Source: an uncultured Bacilli bacterium
GTDB lineage: Bacteria; Bacillota_I; Bacilli_A; RF39; UBA660
Direction of reading: 5' to 3'
NCBI GenBank assembly: GCA_947628535.1
Contig: CANRAF010000002.1
Coordinates: 41,200 to 105,199 of the forward strand
Length of the DNA stretch: 64,000 nucleotides
Below the pieces are notes generated by a model. It searched no databases. It was not told where the DNA came from and saw only the letters and a program-made list of their open reading frames with translations. Both the position numbers and the translations under genes were made by a program. Shown one piece after another: positions 63,218-64,000 of the stretch. Position 1 is the stretch's first letter; the number at the start of each line of letters is the position of its first letter.

Positions 63218-64000
63218 TAACTCTTGTTTTTATTTCCGCTTTTTTATTTTGCATTTGAATAATTAATATACTTGCTATTTCTTTTAACTTTTCATCTATT
63301 ATTAAAACGTCTTGTTTTCCTAAACTATTATAAAATTCTAGTATTCTACTTAAATTATCTAATATTTCACTATCTTCAGGATATTCATTTAAATGATTAT
63401 TTATAAGTCTTGTTATTTCTTCAAAAGTAAGATATGAGTGGTTTTCTTGTTTCACTTCTTGATTTTCAAACTCTTTACCTATAACTTGATAATAATCTTT
63501 AATAAGAATACTTCCAAAAGTTTTTTCTGAAGTTTCAGTATTATATAAATCATATTCTTCCATAGTACACTTACAATAATTATTATCAATTCTTTTGTAA
63601 TCTGTATATTCACTTACTTTAATATCAAAATTATTATCCATTGCTAAATTATTGTATACTGATTTTAATAATTCATAAAAATCTTTTCTATTAACCTTAA
63701 AATTTTTCATATTTTGCATACGAATAATTAATCTATTTGCTATTTCGTTTAACTTTTCATCTATTTCTAAAACGTCTTGTTTTTCCAATTTGTTATAAAA
63801 TTCTAGTATTCTACTTAAATTATCTAATATTTCACTATCTTCAGGATATTCATTTAAATGATTATTCATAAGTTTTGTTATTTCTTCAAAAGTAAGATAT
63901 GAATGGTTTTCTTGTTTTAATTGTCCTCCTTTAACTTGATAATAATCTTTAATAAGAATACTTACAAAAGTTTTTTCTGAAGTTTCAGTATCATATAAAT
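63210..64000 (-). CDS. repeat protein of unknown function, 3' part only; the reading frame continues past the window end
   Basis: A unit of about 155 aa (NNHLNEYPEDSEILDNLSRILEFYN...QENHSYLTFEEIT) is tandemly duplicated. Reverse-frame translation of 63870..64000 continues the repeat (…TETSEKTFVSILIKDYYQVKGGQLKQENHSYLTFEEITKLMNNH). Convergent 8-bp overlap with rnhC. Confidence 0.5.
   Translation of the reverse strand, partial: LYDTETSEKTFVSILIKDYYQVKGGQLKQENHSYLTFEEITKLMNNHLNEYPEDSEILDNLSRILEFYNKLEKQDVLEIDEKLNEIANRLIIRMQNMKNFKVNRKDFYELLKSVYNNLAMDNNFDIKVSEYTDYKRIDNNYCKCTMEEYDLYNTETSEKTFGSILIKDYYQVIGKEFENQEVKQENHSYLTFEEITRLINNHLNEYPEDSEILDNLSRILEFYNSLGKQDVLIIDEKLKEIASILIIQMQNKKAEIKTRVIK
63236..64000. 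repeat. intragenic tandem duplication, unit about 465 bp, at least 2 copies, about 90% identical
   Basis: gcatttgaataattaata... at 63251 recurs as gcatacgaataattaatc... at 63716. taaattatctaatatttcactatcttcagg occurs at 63351 and 63816. One 17-nt indel between the copies. Confidence 0.8.

Noticed and set aside
1-64000. Long A or T homopolymers (8-10 nt; e.g. 15040-15050, 15570-15580, 32760-32790) as phase-variation tracts
   Set aside because: Expected by chance at this AT content and mostly within terminators or Lys/Asn-rich codons; only the C10 tract stands out against background composition.

Overview
This is a very AT-rich (roughly 25-30% GC by eye) chromosomal window from a low-GC Gram-positive bacterium (Bacillota). 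It uses the standard genetic code. It is probably an endospore-former, because it carries an intact pro-sigma-K-like sigma factor, DacB- and SpoVD-type PBPs, and a SpoIID domain. Most of the window is densely packed core genes, mostly on the minus strand: sufC, HIT, uvsE, rbfA-infB-ylxR-nusA-rimP, mraZ-rsmH-ftsL-pbp, yqeY, rpsU, ffh, dtd-relA, truB, mutL, sigK, tmcAL, uppP, murG-murB-divIB, queH, pyrH, rubrerythrin, rluB, rnhC and tRNA-Arg(ACG).

Two accessory modules are embedded in this core. Module 1 (7.0-16.0 kb) is a Gram-positive-type (MPF-FA-like) type IV secretion gene set. It has three tandem VirB2/TrbC-like two-helix proteins with Cys-rich tails, a Cys-rich VirB6-like channel protein, a PrgI/VirB3-like protein, a coupled 233-aa ORF, a short VirB4 ATPase and a VirD4 coupling protein. 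A divergent membrane-anchored thioredoxin (CEHC) is adjacent. No relaxase, integrase or replication gene is present. Module 2 (38.2-45.4 kb) encodes a PrgK-like trifunctional peptidoglycan hydrolase (M23 + SpoIID + C39-like), a sortase-substrate-like CnaB/dockerin adhesin, two paralogous tail-anchored secreted proteins and a lipoprotein. Together the two modules look like a split T4SS with no relaxase in this window, fixed between housekeeping operons.

Other notable items are a C10 homopolymer in the promoter region shared by an LRR/Fn3 surface-protein gene and sigK, and a three-gene HgdB-like/activase radical-enzyme module of unknown substrate. There is also a hybrid histidine-kinase-like protein with Gln at the phospho-His position next to an adenylate-forming enzyme, and an orphan type IV pilin-like gene. 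Further items are a textbook MraZ operator (4 x GTGG at 10-bp spacing), a truncated RimP, a fragmented dcw cluster, and a 3'-partial gene with a ~465-bp in-frame tandem duplication. No CRISPR array, rRNA or prophage was found.
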